Source of the DNA: Candidatus Fermentibacterota bacterium
GTDB lineage: Bacteria; Fermentibacterota; Fermentibacteria; Fermentibacterales; JCC-6
Direction of reading: 5' to 3'
Assembly: GCA_030592645.1 (NCBI GenBank)
Contig: JAUVIR010000004.1
Span: forward strand, 1,036 to 65,035
DNA: 64,000 nucleotides
This document shows, in pieces, positions 1-10,466 of this stretch. The notes beneath the pieces were generated by a model. The model worked only from the letters and a program-made list of their open reading frames with translations. It had not been told where the DNA came from and made no database searches. The position numbers and the translations under genes are program-made. Numbering within the stretch: the stretch's first letter is position 1; each line of letters starts with the position of its first letter.

Positions 1-92
1 ATTCAGCGGTAAGAACCAGCAGCTGACCTTCAGCGCTTATTTCAAGATCAAGCGGGTAGCCCTGCAGATCGATCTGGCTTTCAATAAAGTAG

Positions 93-395
93 TTACTGCA
101 GTTGTAGGAAACCTGTCTGTTCATACGATTCCAGGTCAAAACGTATCAGCGTTCCTTCCATGGTTGCTACAATGAAGCAGTCTGGAAGGGAACACAGGGA
201 TCTGGCTCCAGATATATCCTCAATCGTATGAATGACGGATAGATCGGGTGTGTGTATGACTGTGATTCCCGCCCGCAGCGCATGATCGAACTCCGTAAGA
301 TCAGTACAGCCGGGAAGTGTAAGAAGTGCTGCCGCCACACAGGCTGTCATGAGTACCGGGCAATTAAAAATCTTTCGTCGTCTGCTGTAACGCAA
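93..395 (-). CDS. Putative lipoprotein, beta-propeller-like; possibly frameshifted or internally deleted
   Basis: Signal peptide with lipobox-like LPGC followed by beta-rich sequence. It stops after 100 aa while another frame continues protein-like to the window edge. Confidence 0.5.
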   Translation of the reverse strand: MRYSRRRKIFNCPVLMTACVAAALLTLPGCTDLTEFDHALRAGITVIHTPDLSVIHTIEDISGARSLCSLPDCFIVATMEGTLIRFDLESYEQTGFLQLQ

Positions 396-401
396 TCTGT
401 A

Positions 402-911
402 TCAGCTTTCGATTATGAACAGGTTGTCTCCGAGGTTTACGGATACTCCGGATTCAACCGGAATTCCAGTGATGATGCCTGATGCAGGCGCTGTTATCTC
501 GTTCTGCATCTTCATCGCCTCAAGAACAAGGACACCCTGACCCGCTTCCACCTTTTCCCCATCGCTGCACATGATCTCCACCACAAGTCCGGGCATGGGA
601 GCGGTTACGACCAGCCTTCCTCCCGCCTGCGGTTTTTCTGTCGTGACGACTTCCCGTTCGTCCGTTACAGCAAATTCGTATATCTCTCCCCTTGTGGTAA
701 CCTGATACTTCTTCCCGAAACGTTCAACTTCGACATTGTAGGATTTGCCGTCAAGAAGGATCGAAAGGTGAGCCGGAGATATCCAGGAAATGCTTACAAC
801 CTTTTTTTTGCCGTCTACCTCAACCTCGAACAGTTCATCGTGCGGGCGGACCTCAAGCCTTGAAGCCTCTACTTTAAGAAGATGTTCTCCATCAGATACT
901 TCGAATGCCAC
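402..911 (-). CDS. Biotin carboxyl carrier protein (biotin/lipoyl domain) of an acyl-CoA carboxylase
   Basis: APMPG and EAMKM biotinylation motif; overlaps the biotin carboxylase gene. Confidence 0.93.
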   Translation of the reverse strand: MAFEVSDGEHLLKVEASRLEVRPHDELFEVEVDGKKKVVSISWISPAHLSILLDGKSYNVEVERFGKKYQVTTRGEIYEFAVTDEREVVTTEKPQAGGRLVVTAPMPGLVVEIMCSDGEKVEAGQGVLVLEAMKMQNEITAPASGIITGIPVESGVSVNLGDNLFIIES

Positions 912-2382
912 CGTACATCCTTCCTGAAAGTTTCCACCTGTCGTCCTGCTTCACATCGGAAACAAAATCAACATTTTCATCATTCATCGCTACTATAGTG
1001 GCCGCGATCGCGGAGATCTCAAGATAATCGTTCGTTCTGTTATGCTTGATCCTGGTCACGATACCTGTATCGTAGTTGCCTTCGGCAAAGCCGCTGTCTA
1101 CAAGTACCTTCCTGTGGAAGGGTATCGTTGTTTTGATGCCCTTTATCTTGTACTCATCAAGAGCTCTAAGCATCCTTGCTATAGCCTCCTTGCGGTCTTT
1201 GCCCCACGTGATGACCTTTGCCAGGAGAGGATCATAATAAACAGGAACGTCATAATCCGCAGATATCCCCGATTCAACCCTGACTCCGGGTCCTGCCGGT
1301 TCAACAAGCTCCCTTATGTAGCCTACCGAAGGGAGAAAAGTCTCAGGATCCTCCGCTGAGATCCTGCATTCGATGGCAGCCCCGTTTATGCCGATATCTT
1401 CCTGACTCATGCCGAGTTTCTCACCAGATGCTATCCTTATCTGTTCCTTGACCAGGTCGATACCTGTTATCAGCTCGGTTACCGGGTGCTCGACCTGCAG
1501 CCTTGTGTTGACCTCAAGGAAATAGAAATCCCCTGAAGAATCGACAAGAAATTCCACCGTGCCCGCGTTCGTGTATCCCGATGCTTTGACCGCGGTAATC
1601 GCGGCCCTGCCCATCCTCTCCCTCATTGCGGAGTCCAGCATGCAGCAGGGGGATTCCTCAATGAGTTTCTGGTAACGTCTCTGAACCGAGCATTCCCTCT
1701 CATTGAGATGTATTACGTTACCGTAGTTGTCCGCGAGAATCTGTATTTCAACATGTCGCGGTTCAATCAGGTACTTCTCCAGAAAAACGTCCGGATTGCC
1801 GAACGCGGATAGAGCTTCGGCACCAGCCCTTGTGAAAGCGGACGGCAGTTCCTCTTTCGAATGTACTACACGAACACCCTTCCCTCCGCCCCCTGCAGCG
1901 GCTTTGAGGAGAACGGGATATCCCGTTTCCGCTGCGGCAGCCAGAGCTTCCGCTTCGGATTTCAGGGGTTCCATTGCTCCTGGAATTATAGGTACGCCAG
2001 CCTTCACCATCACCTTTCGTGCTTCAGTCTTGTTTCCGAGGAGTGCCATTGATTTTGAATCGGGACCGATGAAAATAAGCCCTGCGGCAACACAGGCGGC
2101 AGGCAGGGCGGGATTCTCGGCAAGAAATCCGTAGCCGGGATGAATCGCCTGACAACCGGACTGCAAAGCGGTCTCGATAATCCTGTCGATTACCAGGTAG
2201 CTCTCTACCGAGGGAGCAGGGCCTATCTCGTAGGCCTCGTCCGCATACCTTACGTGCTTGGCCGATCTGTCAGCCTCGGAAAATACAGCCACTGAGGTTA
2301 TACCTGTTTCATGGCAGGCCCGCGCTATTCTTACTGCTATCTCACCTCTGTTCGCTATCAGGATCTTTTTAATAGCTGTCAT
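892..2382 (-). CDS. accC: Acetyl/propionyl-CoA carboxylase, biotin carboxylase subunit
   Basis: KILIANRGEIA, HPGYGFLAEN, GGGGKG, RECSVQRR, FLEVNTRLQVEH motifs. Confidence 0.95.
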   Translation of the reverse strand: MTAIKKILIANRGEIAVRIARACHETGITSVAVFSEADRSAKHVRYADEAYEIGPAPSVESYLVIDRIIETALQSGCQAIHPGYGFLAENPALPAACVAAGLIFIGPDSKSMALLGNKTEARKVMVKAGVPIIPGAMEPLKSEAEALAAAAETGYPVLLKAAAGGGGKGVRVVHSKEELPSAFTRAGAEALSAFGNPDVFLEKYLIEPRHVEIQILADNYGNVIHLNERECSVQRRYQKLIEESPCCMLDSAMRERMGRAAITAVKASGYTNAGTVEFLVDSSGDFYFLEVNTRLQVEHPVTELITGIDLVKEQIRIASGEKLGMSQEDIGINGAAIECRISAEDPETFLPSVGYIRELVEPAGPGVRVESGISADYDVPVYYDPLLAKVITWGKDRKEAIARMLRALDEYKIKGIKTTIPFHRKVLVDSGFAEGNYDTGIVTRIKHNRTNDYLEISAIAATIVAMNDENVDFVSDVKQDDRWKLSGRMYGGIRSI

Positions 2383-3911
2383 AATGGCCCGTTTCCATGC
2401 TTCCTCGGAGGCATGGTCTCGCGCTTGCCATCAAGTATCCGCAGCGCAGAGATAACTTTATGTCTTGTTTCATGGGGTTTAATCACTTCATCGATATATC
2501 CCATCCCTGCAGGCACCCAGGGGTTGCTGAACATCTCGTCGTATTCGTCGATGAGAAGCTGCCGCTGGGATTCAGGATCAGCATCCTTTGCGATCTCCCT
2601 TCTGTAAAGGATCTTTACAGCACCCTTGGCTCCCATTACCGCTATCTGTGCGGAAGGCCAGGCGAAATTCATGTCAGCGCCTATATTCTTGGAATTCATC
2701 GCTATGTAGGCTCCCCCGAACGCCTTTCTGGTTACGACGGTAATCCGCGGTACGCTGGCTTCACAGAAAGCGTAAAGGAGTTTCGCCCCCTCCTTGATAA
2801 CCCCGGCATGCTCCTGTTCAACCCCCGGCAGAAAACCGGGCGCATCCTCAAACACAAGCAGGGGTATGTTGAAGCAATCGCAGAACCTTATGAATCTTGC
2901 TGCTTTGGCAGAAGAAAGGGTATCCAGTACTCCAGCAAGCACAGCAGGCTGATTTGCCACGATACCGATCGGCTTTCCATCCATTCTCGCGAATCCCACT
3001 ATCATGTTGGGAGCGTAATCTTCATGAACCTGAAAGAGTTTTCCATCATCGACAACTGAGTGTATTACCAGTTTTATATCGTAAGGCATTGACGAATCCG
3101 CCGGAACTACTGTATCCAGGGATTCATCACTTCTCTCAACAGGATCGGTACATTGCATCATGGGCGGGTCGCTCATGTTGTTCTGAGGCAGATAAGTCAT
3201 GAGTTCCCTGATCATCGCCAGGCATATCTCCTCGGAGCTGACGGAAAAGTGCGAAACACCGCTTTTTCTGCTGTGAGCGGCAGCACCTCCGAGATCCTCA
3301 AAAGTTACATCCTCATGGGTAACTTCTTTGATAACATCAGGTCCGGTCAGGAACATATAGCTTGCCTGATCGATCATGAAAACAAAATCGGTCAGGGCGG
3401 GGGAATAAACAGCTCCGCCCGCGCAGGGCCCCATAATGGCTGATATCTGCGGAACAACACCGGAAGCTTTTACGTTTCTGAAAAATATGTCACCGTAACC
3501 TGCTAGCGAGTTTACTCCCTCCTGTATCCTTGCCCCTCCGGAATCCTTAATTGCTATTATGGGAACTCCGTTTTTCAGAGAGAGATCCTGCAGGCGTGAT
3601 ATCTTATCTGCCACGGCTTTTGAAAGTGAGCCGCCGAAGATGGTGAAGTCCTCCGCATACACGTAAACCTGCCGCCCGTGGATCCTGCCGTAGCCCGTTA
3701 CTACTCCGTCTCCGGGGATCTTCTTACCAGCCATACCGAAATCGTTGCAGTTGTGAGTAACAAGCATGCCCATTTCATTGAATGTTTCCGGGTCAAGAAG
3801 CAGGTGAAGACGCTCCCTTGCAGTCAGCTTGCCGTCCTCGTGTCTTTTTTTTATCTTCTTCTCGCCGCCGCCCGCAAGTGCTTCAGATCTCAATTCATCA
3901 AGTCTGGACAC
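2379..3911 (-). CDS. pccB: Acyl-CoA carboxylase carboxyltransferase (beta) subunit, PccB/MmdA family
   Basis: GKLTARER, DSGGARIQEG, GPCAGGAVYSPA, RKAFGGAY, C-terminal RKHGN. Confidence 0.92.
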   Translation of the reverse strand: MSRLDELRSEALAGGGEKKIKKRHEDGKLTARERLHLLLDPETFNEMGMLVTHNCNDFGMAGKKIPGDGVVTGYGRIHGRQVYVYAEDFTIFGGSLSKAVADKISRLQDLSLKNGVPIIAIKDSGGARIQEGVNSLAGYGDIFFRNVKASGVVPQISAIMGPCAGGAVYSPALTDFVFMIDQASYMFLTGPDVIKEVTHEDVTFEDLGGAAAHSRKSGVSHFSVSSEEICLAMIRELMTYLPQNNMSDPPMMQCTDPVERSDESLDTVVPADSSMPYDIKLVIHSVVDDGKLFQVHEDYAPNMIVGFARMDGKPIGIVANQPAVLAGVLDTLSSAKAARFIRFCDCFNIPLLVFEDAPGFLPGVEQEHAGVIKEGAKLLYAFCEASVPRITVVTRKAFGGAYIAMNSKNIGADMNFAWPSAQIAVMGAKGAVKILYRREIAKDADPESQRQLLIDEYDEMFSNPWVPAGMGYIDEVIKPHETRHKVISALRILDGKRETMPPRKHGNGPL

Positions 3912-3951
3912 TTAACCCCCCTTGTTTTCAGAAATAAAAATAACTGTCCTA

Positions 3952-4863
3952 TCAGTCTTCCTCCCGTATCAGGATAATCATACCGGTAGTATCCTCGCTG
4001 ACATATATCCCGCCTTCGGTATCCACCGCGACATCTTCTATGTTGTAAAAGCCTTCTGCAAATGAAGTCACTGTGCCATCCTCATCCACCATGGAAAGCC
4101 TCCCAGAACCTGTTCCAGTATCCTCTTCAGCGATGTACAGCGGAAAATACCCGTCGATGCTGCTGCAAATACCTTCTGGGGAACACAGACCGCTGCAGAA
4201 GACATCCCATTCACCGGAATCAGGATCGATACGAAACAGAGAAGCCTGAATAAAGCCGAAACCGGAAAGCTCGTTACATACGTAGACAACACCGCTGGTG
4301 TCGGCAATAATATCTGAACAGCTCCATAGATAAAGCGAAGAGGAAAGCGGGTACGAGCCTGACATGTCAATCCTGCGGACACCGGTCAGTATCGGCGGTA
4401 TGATGGATGCTTCCAGACTGGATTCCGTAACGGCGAAGATGCCTTCCTCAATCAATGCGACTCCTTCAGGATACTGAAGGCTGTCACAGAGGATTTCCAG
4501 CTCTCCTGAAGGCTTGATCGCTATCAGACGACCGTATTCCACGTCCTCGGTAACATAGATCACTCCCGCGCTGTCAGCGGCAAGACCTTCGGGATGATTC
4601 AGGTTTTCAGCAACTATGGTCGCATTTCCGTGCTGATCTATCCTGTAGACTGCTCCAGTCCCTTCAGCAGCTGCATACAGGCACCCCGAAGAGGAAAACA
4701 CAAGTCCGTCAACACCACTGATCCCGGTACTGAATACCGTAGCGGAAAACCCCTCGGGCAGAGTTATTCTGGATAGTACATCTCCATGAACAGGCTCATC
4801 GGGAGTACCGCCCGGCACGGATGCCGTAATTGCCATAAAGGTTAAAAAAAGTGTATTATGCAT
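3952..4863 (-). CDS. Secreted NHL/SMP-30-like beta-propeller protein
   Basis: Repeated PEG-x-A-x-D-x-x-G-x-I-Y-V blades and LPEGF motif. ATG at 4863 gives a signal-like N-terminus (the track start 4932 is likely too long). Confidence 0.75.
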   Translation of the reverse strand: MHNTLFLTFMAITASVPGGTPDEPVHGDVLSRITLPEGFSATVFSTGISGVDGLVFSSSGCLYAAAEGTGAVYRIDQHGNATIVAENLNHPEGLAADSAGVIYVTEDVEYGRLIAIKPSGELEILCDSLQYPEGVALIEEGIFAVTESSLEASIIPPILTGVRRIDMSGSYPLSSSLYLWSCSDIIADTSGVVYVCNELSGFGFIQASLFRIDPDSGEWDVFCSGLCSPEGICSSIDGYFPLYIAEEDTGTGSGRLSMVDEDGTVTSFAEGFYNIEDVAVDTEGGIYVSEDTTGMIILIREED

Positions 4864-5107
4864 TATTCCAATCACTGCATCGGTCAGAGCTACAACAGAC
4901 ACCAAGATTGTATCTGAGCGTGTCGAAGTCAAGATGAATCAACCCATCGTCTGTACCAGCACATAAAATCTGTATTCTTTTCAGTGCTGACCCCACTTCT
5001 GTTTCGCGAATGTAAACTTCTATCTTGACCAAACAACTCTCTTTTCTCTATTATTAAGGTCATTGGAAGTCGTTGCCTGACTGAAAAACCTAAACGAAAG
5101 GTTAACC

Positions 5108-6454
5108 ATCGAATCTTCAATCAAGATTCTCCTTGTCGAGAACAACCTTGAGGATGCAAGGTATTTCCGCAGTATTCTGCAGGATGTATCCTCTGAATCG
5201 TTCTATATTGAAAGGGTGGATAACCTTGCTTCCGCACTTGCCGTGATCGGGGAGACTGACTTCGACGTTATCGTAGCGGATCTGAACCTGCCGGACAGCT
5301 CCGGCAGTGAAACCGCGTTTCAGATCTGCCGAAGCGCCATCAAAGTACCCCTCATAGTTCTGATGGAAATCGATGACGAAAAAATCGAGCTCGAATCTCT
5401 GAAGGCTGGTGCTCAGGATTTCCTCGTTAAGGGAAAGCTGCAGTCTGATAATATCTGGAGGGCGATCCGCCACTCCATCGAGAGAAAACAGCTGGACTGG
5501 CAGCTGCGGCTCGCCAGGCGCAGGCTCAGAATTCTTCATGATACAGCATCAAAACTCGCCGGATGCACCATGAAAAAGGATGCTTTCCAGCTCGCTATCA
5601 AGTCTTCCGGGATTCTTCTGCCTGATACGCTGTGCCGGATATTCACCGAGAAAGATGGAATACTCACTATTACAGCCGCCTCACCTGAACTGCGCAAAAG
5701 CATCGGAAGCGATACAAAACTGGATTTTGGTCTTGTCGGAATGACCTTTGCGGAAAGGCGTACATTTCAATTCAGAAGCCATGACGATATACCATCATTG
5801 AGTCCCGAAAGTGAAAACTACAGATCCGGGATTTCAATACCCATCGGATCCAGCGCTGTATTTCAGTGTATCTCAAGAGAACCGGACGCCTTCACGAATG
5901 ATGATACTAACATACTTGAGATGCTGGTAGGACATCTAACCGGAACGGTAGACAGAATAAGCCTTGAACGCAAACTCAGGAATCTGGCAGTTCATGACCC
6001 GCTTACAGGCGTATTCAATCGAAACTTCTTCCAGACAGCCTTGAATCGCGAGAAACTCAGAGCTGAAAGATACAACAGCAGTATTGGTTTTCTTATGGTC
6101 GATATTGACAACTTCAAGGAGATCAACGATCTCTACGGTCATCTCATAGGAGACAAGGTGCTCAGGGAAGTGGCTTCGTACCTGTCCGAATCCATCAGGG
6201 AGAGCGATTATCTCATCCGCTACGGGGGAGATGAGTTTCTCCTGATACTGATAGAAACGGGACAGACGGCATCGCTGGTCAGAGAGAGGATTATCAATGG
6301 TGGAAAACTAGCAGAAAAGACAATTCATCTCATCGGGTCACCTGTAACCCTTTCAATAGGTCATTCCCACTGGAATTCTGAGTCCGCTATTTCCATCCGT
6401 GAGACGTTAGCCGAGGCGGACCGCAGGATGTACGAACACAAGAGAAGTAAATAG
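5108..6454 (+). CDS. Diguanylate cyclase, REC-GAF-GGDEF
   Basis: HDPLTG, DIDNFK, RESD I-site, RYGGDEF. The REC beta1 (IKILLVEN) lies upstream of the track start 5216, so an ATC start at 5108 is proposed. Confidence 0.88.
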   Translation: MESSIKILLVENNLEDARYFRSILQDVSSESFYIERVDNLASALAVIGETDFDVIVADLNLPDSSGSETAFQICRSAIKVPLIVLMEIDDEKIELESLKAGAQDFLVKGKLQSDNIWRAIRHSIERKQLDWQLRLARRRLRILHDTASKLAGCTMKKDAFQLAIKSSGILLPDTLCRIFTEKDGILTITAASPELRKSIGSDTKLDFGLVGMTFAERRTFQFRSHDDIPSLSPESENYRSGISIPIGSSAVFQCISREPDAFTNDDTNILEMLVGHLTGTVDRISLERKLRNLAVHDPLTGVFNRNFFQTALNREKLRAERYNSSIGFLMVDIDNFKEINDLYGHLIGDKVLREVASYLSESIRESDYLIRYGGDEFLLILIETGQTASLVRERIINGGKLAEKTIHLIGSPVTLSIGHSHWNSESAISIRETLAEADRRMYEHKRSK

Positions 6455-6455
6455 G

Positions 6456-7241
6456 TTATTCAAGCTTGGCTCTCTGCCAGGCATTCTCCATCATCTCCAT
6501 ATCAGCTTCAGCAAGGGAATAACCTGCTTCCCTGAGTATTCGTTCCATTCCTGTAAACCTGTCAATGAATTTATTATTATTGCTCCTTAACACCGCTTCG
6601 GGCTCGAAACCAAGCAGCCTGCAGTAATTCACCAGACTGAAGAAAACATCGCCGAGTTCAGCATTCTCAGCTTCCGTATCGCCACTCTGTAATGCCTTTT
6701 CGAATTCCTGGATCTCTTCAAAGATCTTACGGAGGGCGCCACCGGCATCGGGCCAGTCAAATCCGATTTCTGAAGCTCTCTGCTGGATTCTCCATGCTGT
6801 CTGGAGGGCAGGCATGGCCGATGGAATGGAACCAAAGAATCCCTCATCCTTCTTCTCCTGAGCCTTGATGGCCTCCCACTGCTTTTCAACGTCCCTTGCG
6901 GAAAGACAATTTTGCCGCTCAAATACGTGAGGATGCCGCCTGATCAGTTTCTCAGAAATTCCTTCAACAACATCCCTGAGTGAGAATTCACCCCGCTCTT
7001 CGCATATATCAGCTGACATGATGACGTGAAGGAGAAGGTCGCCCAGTTCAGTCCGCAGAAGGTTCATGTCATTCTTCTCAATTGCATCGGCAACTTCGTA
7101 GGCTTCCTCGAGCATATAGGGGCTCAGTGAGGCAACTGTCTGTTCCCTGTCCCAGCTGCAGCCTGCAGGACTTCGAAGTTTTCTGACGATCTGCACAAGA
7201 CCGGTAATGGCTTCTAACAGTCCTTTCTGCGGCTCAGCCAT
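6456..7241 (-). CDS. mazG: Nucleoside triphosphate pyrophosphohydrolase MazG
   Basis: GCSWDREQT, EEAYEV, ELGDLL, KLIRRHPHVF and second ELGDVFF domain. Confidence 0.95.
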   Translation of the reverse strand: MAEPQKGLLEAITGLVQIVRKLRSPAGCSWDREQTVASLSPYMLEEAYEVADAIEKNDMNLLRTELGDLLLHVIMSADICEERGEFSLRDVVEGISEKLIRRHPHVFERQNCLSARDVEKQWEAIKAQEKKDEGFFGSIPSAMPALQTAWRIQQRASEIGFDWPDAGGALRKIFEEIQEFEKALQSGDTEAENAELGDVFFSLVNYCRLLGFEPEAVLRSNNNKFIDRFTGMERILREAGYSLAEADMEMMENAWQRAKLE

Positions 7242-8592
7242 GAATGGCTCCGGGTCCGAAGGATTCCCCTGCTTCCATATACAGCTCCGAGAGGGTTGGA
7301 TGCGGATGAATCATCTCCCCGATCCGGGATGCCCGCACACCCAGATTTAAAGCCATAACAGCCTCGCCGATAAGACTGCTTGCGTCAGCGCCGACCATCT
7401 GCACTCCTATTACGATACCGTCGCTCTCACGGGCAATTATCTTCATGAAACCCTCAGTTTCGTTCATTCCCACTGCCTTGCCGTTCGCGATATACCTTGA
7501 GATACCCGTACGGACGGGCACACCTCTCTTTTCCCACTCCTCCAAACCGGGACCTGCCGTGGCTATTTCAGGGGAAGTGAAAATACAGCCGGGCATCGTA
7601 TCCGGATTGATCTTTCTGCTACCGTCCCCGAACATCTGATCCACAGCCGCAAGAGCCTGCGCGCTGCCGGCATGGGCGAGCTGCCATTTCCCTGTAACAT
7701 CTCCCGCTGCGTAGACACCCTCAAGGTTCGTCATCTGATTCTCATCCGTCTCTATCCCGGCAGCGGAGAATTCCACTCCGGCTGATTCCAGGCCAAGGTC
7801 TTCGGTTCTGGCCTTCCGACCGATGGAAACCAGTATTTTTTCGGCAGACAGCTGCATTGCGTCGTCCAATGTAACTTCGGCGCTCTTCTGGGATACCTTC
7901 AGGCTCTTCGCACCATTTCCGGTCAATATCTTTACCCCTGATCGTTTCAGTGATCTATGAACAACCTGTCTGATATCATCATCTATTCCCGGAAGTATCG
8001 AAGGCAGCATCTCAACGATAGTAATACTGACACCCAGACTTGAGAAGATGGATGCGAACTCACACCCGATCACCCCTCCGCCTACGATGATCAGGCTCTC
8101 CGGAAGATTCTCCCATGAAAGAACGTCGCGGCTTGTCTGCACCCCATCTGCCGAAAAGGGTCCCGGCATCAGGGGAAGAGACCCGGGTGAGAGCAGTACG
8201 TAATCGGTTTCAAGCAGGACATCACCGGCTAAAACCTCCCGTGGACTCTTCAACACCGCATGAGCACTGAAAATATCGATACCAAGATGTTTGAAGTGCG
8301 CTTCCACCCCCTTCCTCAGACGCTTCACAACCTTATCTTTTCTTCCCGAAAGCGCATCCCAGGAAAAGGACAGGCTCCCTTCAAGGCCATATTTCCGTGC
8401 ATTTCTCGATTGCCTGAGCAGATTTGTACTGGCAACAAGGGTTTTGGTCGGAATGCATCCTCTGTTCAGGCAGGTTCCTCCCAGAAGCTCCTCCTCTGCA
8501 ACCGCGACCCTTCTGCCGAGCTGGGCAGCCCTTATAGCCGGGATATACCCCGCAGGTCCTCCGCCGATTATCACAAGATCGTATTTATTCAT
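7234..8592 (-). CDS. lpdA: Dihydrolipoyl dehydrogenase
   Basis: GGGPAG FAD motif, GGTCLNRGCIP redox disulfide, HPHPTLSE. Confidence 0.93.
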   Translation of the reverse strand: MNKYDLVIIGGGPAGYIPAIRAAQLGRRVAVAEEELLGGTCLNRGCIPTKTLVASTNLLRQSRNARKYGLEGSLSFSWDALSGRKDKVVKRLRKGVEAHFKHLGIDIFSAHAVLKSPREVLAGDVLLETDYVLLSPGSLPLMPGPFSADGVQTSRDVLSWENLPESLIIVGGGVIGCEFASIFSSLGVSITIVEMLPSILPGIDDDIRQVVHRSLKRSGVKILTGNGAKSLKVSQKSAEVTLDDAMQLSAEKILVSIGRKARTEDLGLESAGVEFSAAGIETDENQMTNLEGVYAAGDVTGKWQLAHAGSAQALAAVDQMFGDGSRKINPDTMPGCIFTSPEIATAGPGLEEWEKRGVPVRTGISRYIANGKAVGMNETEGFMKIIARESDGIVIGVQMVGADASSLIGEAVMALNLGVRASRIGEMIHPHPTLSELYMEAGESFGPGAIHG

Positions 8593-8716
8593 TTAGTATC
8601 CTTGTCAATTCTAGGAGACTATCCGAGAATGGACAGCCTCCTGGTGAAACAATATATGACGAACATATCTTAATGAAATATGATAAGGTAAATTACAATG
8701 AAAGGGTAGGCTTCCT

Positions 8717-9451
8717 ATGCATATCTTCATGATTCTCTGTCTGATCCCTCTTACAATTGATATCGATGATCTTACCGCAAAGCTCCACCTTGATACGGGT
8801 ATGGCATATATGCAGCAGGGGCTTTTAGAGCAGGCCGAAGAGGAATTTCATAAGACCCTTGAACTTTGTGAAGAATACCATACTGCTGTCCTTGGCCTCG
8901 GGATGATCAATGCGATGCGGCAATCATGGGAGAATGCCGCAGATTACTTTGGACAGTACATAGAGATATGCCCGGACGATTATCGCGGGTACTTCGAACT
9001 TTCGAAGCTCTATCTTGAGACAGGAAAACCCGATAGCGCGGCATTCCTGTCAGACAGCGCCTTCGTCCGCTCCCCGGGAACCCCTTCAATCTGGCTGCAG
9101 AGCGGGAAAGCATGGCTTGAGCTCGGGGAGATGGAGAAAGCGGAAATGTGGTTCTCCAGGGGTGCTGCGAACGAGGAGTCCATAGATATGGAGTCACTTG
9201 TCCTGCTTGCGTCTGTCTACAGGAGGACATCAAGAGGAGCCGACGCAAGGGAGATACTCCTTCCAGCTGTTGAAACAGGTTACGCTCCCGCTTCCTGGGA
9301 ACTGGCTAAGCTCTATCTTGGATGGAGAGATTACCTGAGGGCTGGAGATGCCATCAGCAGATACCTTATGCTCTCACCGAATGGTTACTATGCCGATTCT
9401 GCAATGCTTGTACTGGAAGAACTGGGTGAATCAGGGCAATACATTCCTTAA
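8717..9451 (+). CDS. Tetratricopeptide repeat protein, probably exported
   Basis: Multiple TPR-like helix pairs and a hydrophobic N-terminus. Confidence 0.8.
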   Translation: MHIFMILCLIPLTIDIDDLTAKLHLDTGMAYMQQGLLEQAEEEFHKTLELCEEYHTAVLGLGMINAMRQSWENAADYFGQYIEICPDDYRGYFELSKLYLETGKPDSAAFLSDSAFVRSPGTPSIWLQSGKAWLELGEMEKAEMWFSRGAANEESIDMESLVLLASVYRRTSRGADAREILLPAVETGYAPASWELAKLYLGWRDYLRAGDAISRYLMLSPNGYYADSAMLVLEELGESGQYIP

Positions 9452-9463
9452 ACAGACAGGAAG

Positions 9464-10399
9464 TTAAGCGTTTTCCTTCCGGCCTGCCCCCCACCATATC
9501 GCGGCGACAAGAAAAGCCAGGGCTTCACCAAGTGTTATCCATAACCGTGCGGCAATAGAGATCAGGGATGCCTGCCCCGGCTCGGCTGCAATCATGATTA
9601 TCCCTATGAGCCAGACAAGTGATATCTCACGGATGCCAAGGCCGCCCGGAGAGAAGACCGCCAGGAAGCCTATCCCTACTGCCGTGGGAAGAAGAAAGAC
9701 TCCCGGGTAGAAGGGCAGATACATTCCGAAGCTTCTTGCCAGAAAGACGAAGGCAACGCCCTGCAGAAGAAACACCAGTATATAAACAGGCAGAAGTCTC
9801 AGGATATTGGCAAAACCGGGGTCTTGCATGTCGAAATCCCTGCCGGTGATCGAACCTGCGATCTTCAGCAGCTTCCGGAAAGCCCCCGGATGAGCCGCAA
9901 AAAGCACAACGGCGACAGATACCACAACAATTATCACACTGATCGTGGTTCCAAGACCGATCTGCTTCGCAGCCAGTGGAATTACCGGCAGTGACATAAG
10001 AAGGCACCCGGCTACAATGAAGAGGGTTTCCAGTATCAGAGCATGCCCGGTTACCGATGAGGACATCCCTAATTTCTTTGAAAGGCTGATCTTTCCCACA
10101 GCTCCCCATACCTTGCCGGGAATGTACTTGCCGACCTGAGCAAGGAAATGAACGTTGAACGCCTGACCGAACGATATCTTCGCGCCCGCTACAGAACAGA
10201 CCAGCATCCATGACCAGGCGGCTGCAAGAAGGTGCAGCACCATGAGTACGAATGAAACGGTAAATAGAAGAGGATCGAAGAGAAGTAGATTCGATAAACC
10301 CCCTGCCTCGGCAGTGCCGCTTACAAAAGAATTGCCAAGGTAATACAGCGCTGCACCTGTGAGGAGCAAGCCGATAATATTGAAAAGGGTTTTCTTCAA
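9464..10399 (-). CDS. Lysylphosphatidylglycerol synthase TM / UPF0104 flippase-like membrane protein
   Basis: GKYIPGKVW and SPGGLGIRE motifs with several TM helices; TTG at 10399 has an AAGGAG SD. Confidence 0.82.
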   Translation of the reverse strand: MKKTLFNIIGLLLTGAALYYLGNSFVSGTAEAGGLSNLLLFDPLLFTVSFVLMVLHLLAAAWSWMLVCSVAGAKISFGQAFNVHFLAQVGKYIPGKVWGAVGKISLSKKLGMSSSVTGHALILETLFIVAGCLLMSLPVIPLAAKQIGLGTTISVIIVVVSVAVVLFAAHPGAFRKLLKIAGSITGRDFDMQDPGFANILRLLPVYILVFLLQGVAFVFLARSFGMYLPFYPGVFLLPTAVGIGFLAVFSPGGLGIREISLVWLIGIIMIAAEPGQASLISIAARLWITLGEALAFLVAAIWWGAGRKENA

Positions 10400-10466
10400 C
10401 TGTATCTCCTTACCGGACTTCATATACAGGTCACACACAGGTTGAAATCCTGTTTGTGTTCAGTAT

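Noticed and set aside
402..3911. Na+-pumping methylmalonyl-CoA decarboxylase
   Set aside because: No membrane beta (OadB/MmdB) subunit is present and a biotin carboxylase is, which fits a soluble carboxylase.
4929..5539. Minus-strand ORFs 4929..5120 and 5117..5539
   Set aside because: They overlap the promoter region and REC domain of the diguanylate cyclase on the opposite strand and show no protein-like features.
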